This document shows, piece by piece, positions 61,021 through 64,000 of a DNA stretch of 64,000 bases. The first letter of the stretch is position 1; every line of letters starts with the position of its first letter. Position numbers and translations under genes: made by a program. The stretch comes from Sphyrna mokarran (lineage: Eukaryota), in assembly GCA_024679065.1 (NCBI GenBank), contig JAGIQG010000011.1, positions 37,138,001 to 37,202,000 on the forward strand. Reading direction: 5' to 3'. The notes beneath the pieces were generated by a model. It did not search any database. It was given only the letters and a program-made list of their open reading frames with translations, and had not been told where the DNA came from.

Positions 61021-62598
61021 TCAGTGGACAAGGGTCACATGATATAAAGCAGGGGAACAATTGTGATTTTGTGAGTTCTAGCAATATTTGTCTCTTAATC
61101 CATTTTTCATCCTAAAGTACATCTCATAATTACCTGATCCTGATGTGGTTAAAAAGTGCTACAATCCTGCAAGATCCTAACTAAATTTTGTCAAAATGGA
61201 GCAGAGGTAAATCAAGAAAATTCTTGTTTGACGAGGCGGTTGTGGACAGCCAGAATGGGCACCAGTTCACAGTGATGGTTTCGCTTTGGTGATGCTGTTG
61301 GCATCGAGAAGATGGCCAAAATTATGAGTGAAGTCGTGGACAATGGTTCTTGTCTCCATGGCACACATTTCTGGTGCTCAGATTGATAAAGTACGTGCTT
61401 TCCTAAAGAGAATGGATGAAGCAGTGAAGAGAATCCTGTCAATGGAGAGCACAGGTTCCTCGGGGAACAGTTACCTCAGTTCTTAGAAGCTCTGCCTCTT
61501 GGTGTGTTGTACACTCAGGAGATGGGGCTGGGGAAGGAGTAACCACACACCCGCTCTCCAAAGGGATGCTGAGGATGAATTCCCAGCTGAATCTGTGTAT
61601 TAGCTGTCATGTTTCCACAAGTTCAGTTTGAGGAAAGGGTGTCTCAACTTCGATGAAGCATATTATATCCGGTCTTCATGGCATTCCAACCACAAATCTT
61701 ATATTGCTTTGTCTTTTGTGTTCATTGAGAAGAGTTGGATTGAACGTTTAGGGTCTTTGCCATGTGTCAGGGTCTTGGCTTTTCATTGTTGTGTCAGGAT
61801 GTCAACATGGCGGAGGCGCACATGCTTCAGTGAAACGCTGACTGGATTCTGGATATTGATTGATTATCCTGTCACGCCTATGGCCTTTTCAAGATCAGTG
61901 GATGGTTATATTATCCTGCAGTTCATCATTAATCCTGAACTTTGTTCCCTTGAGATTAACCCAGAATCCTGATTGGGCTGAATGATGCCATTCAGCCCAT
62001 CGAATATGCACCTCCAACAATCCCACCCAGGTACTATTCCCGTAACCCCACATATTTACCCTGCTTATCCTCCTAATGCCAGTGATGCCTCCAGTTCCAT
62101 TCCCACAGACAGAGAGAATGGGCTCACGATAACCGCCTTTTATCTTGTGGGAGGGGAAGGGTTATATCTCTTCTCAAGATACCATGTTGAAGAATGTCTT
62201 AATGAATCTTCTTCTCCTTGTTAAGAGGATTTCCTTGGTGAAAATGTTTTAAATTTTCTGGGAACCTGTTGATACGGCTGGAGAGGAGGGAGGTTTATAG
62301 TGTTGCGAGCCTAGGCAAGATATACAAGCCCTTGGCTTACTGATTCCTGTGTATGACAATGAATGCTGCTACATCACATCCTTTAGCGATGGTGATGCTC
62401 CATGGTTCCCCTTTTTCTGGGCCATTCTTTCATTGTTTGGAGCTCCTGGGATACTGGGGTGGGCTTTGGTTGGATTTTATATATTCCTTACAAAGGATCC
62501 CGTCTATGGTGGAGTTCTCTCTTTGTTATCCTGAGGAGGAGAGTGCGCACAATGGGATCGTGTGCTCATGATTGTCTCCTGTTACCCTAACTTCCTGA

Positions 62599-62802
62599 TG
62601 TGGAGATGCCAGCGTTGGAGGGGGTAAACACAGTCAGAAGTCTCACAACACCAGGTTAAATTCCAGCAGGTTTATTTGGTAGCAAACGCCATTAGCTTTT
62701 GGAGCACTGCTCCTTCGGGAGTGGGGAGTTCTGAAAGCTAGTGGATTTTGCTACCAAGTAAAACTTCTGGGCTTTAACCTGGTGTTGTGAGACTTCTTAC
62801 AA
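62599..62802. mobile_element. Penelope-like inverted-pLTR mini-element
   Basis: GAAGTCTCACAACACCAGGTTAAA...GGTAGCAAA...TAGCTTT versus AAAGCTA...TTTGCTACC...TTTAACCTGGTGTTGTGAGACTTC; candidate TSD TCCTGA at 62593-62598 and 62803-62808. Confidence 0.8.
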
Positions 62803-64000
62803 TCCTGAAATTCCCCCACTCCTGCTAGTATGGTATCTTTATCCATATGAGAGGAGAAGCTGACTGCATCAATTGCAATTATTGAAAATTGGAATAATTT
62901 GTATGAATATTCATTGGTCTCTTGTATATATTTATGTGGAATGATGATCACTCTACTGTACTAGATTTTGCAGATTTGCTGCACTTTATGATAAATTTTA
63001 TTGAAAATTTCCAATAAAAACATTCTTTTAAAAAAAATACGGTGAGTAGAATACACCCCTGCCTCGCCAGTGACCCCAAGTTCCAGCTCTAAATCTCCTC
63101 ACATGTCTCGGTGTCCTATTTTGATTTATAATTCCACAAAGTGCCTTGGGATATTACATTCAAGGAGCTCTATGAATGTAAGCTGGTTGTTGAAGTCTTA
63201 GGTGCTCCACTATTTACATTTAGATTTTCTGCATTTGTATTTATTGTCTCAATTAATTACATTTTCAGGCCACAGTTTTTGACAAAAATACAACATTGCA
63301 TAAAATCTGAATGTCACAATACTGCTGCAAAACAAATAAACTGGCTGTACGGTGACAGCTTAATTGGATCCCAATGGAACAATGTGTCAGCACACTGCAG
63401 TTACAAGTCAACTTTATCACACTAGTCTTGTTTTCGCAGTAAATGTGTGAATTCCATTCTGCTTTCTAGTTTCAAATACAACACACATCGTCGTCTTCTA
63501 ATTGCTCTGTAGAGAATGTGAAGATGTCCTCCATCCTGTTAGTGAGTATTATACAGGTCACAAGGAAGCTGTAAGTGGTGAACATTATAACATTGAATAC
63601 ATAAATATATCCTACCAACACTGGAAAATGAAAGCAGCCAAGTCTGACCTCCCAACTTCACTAAGAGATACAGTATGTGGCAGAATTTTTATTTTCTTTG
63701 ACTATTACGTGTGTCAGTTGAAAGTGTTTCCACCACTGAATAAAGAGCCTGGAGAATCAAATGCTATTTCAAAACTTTCAGCACGTAATCCAGGCTGACA
63801 GGCTAGTATTGTGGGAATTCTGCACTGTCTCGCGCACACTGTTTTAGAGAAGGTATTATTCAGTGACCCAGCCACCAGACAAGTGAACGTTAAAGAGCCC
63901 ATGTCACCAGCTAGAGAGGTCTGGTGTCTAATGCAATATTCACCTCATTGCTCCTTGTGGCATTTTGCTGTGTTCAAAATGGATGTTGAATTTTCTCAGG

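Overview
Eukaryotic, vertebrate DNA, most likely from a cartilaginous fish (shark or ray): it carries HE1-type V-SINEs, SacSINE1-like DeuSINEs, CR1 and L2 LINEs, Penelope-like elements (PLEs) and many PIF/Harbinger elements. It is not a prokaryotic window, so most ORFs in the six-frame track are spurious. Main content: (1) a multi-exon protein-coding gene on the minus strand that I could assemble from splice sites and exon phases (43443-43515, 41189-41249, 40618-40708, 35914-35951, 23025-23276, with candidate exons near 48.8 kb and 20.7 kb) but could not name; (2) a possible last exon of a convergent plus-strand gene near 4.9 kb; (3) a 6.3-kb decayed Harbinger transposon (7623-13899; transposase and Myb/SANT gene remnants, ATC TSD) inserted in a DeuSINE and itself holding a young CR1 and a PLE mini-insertion; (4) a 5'-truncated Penelope copy with a GIY-YIG ORF and several short TSD-flanked pLTR insertions, one keeping a hammerhead-ribozyme core; (5) a double inverted duplication around Harbinger ends at 24.6-25.7 kb; (6) a 232-nt assembly gap. 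Repeat boundaries without a TSD are approximate, and family names come from recognising motifs, not from database searches. I found no clearly new biological system. The best leads are the unnamed gene, the ribozyme-bearing mini-elements, the inverted-duplication cluster and an unclassified 1.4-kb segment at 61.2-62.6 kb.
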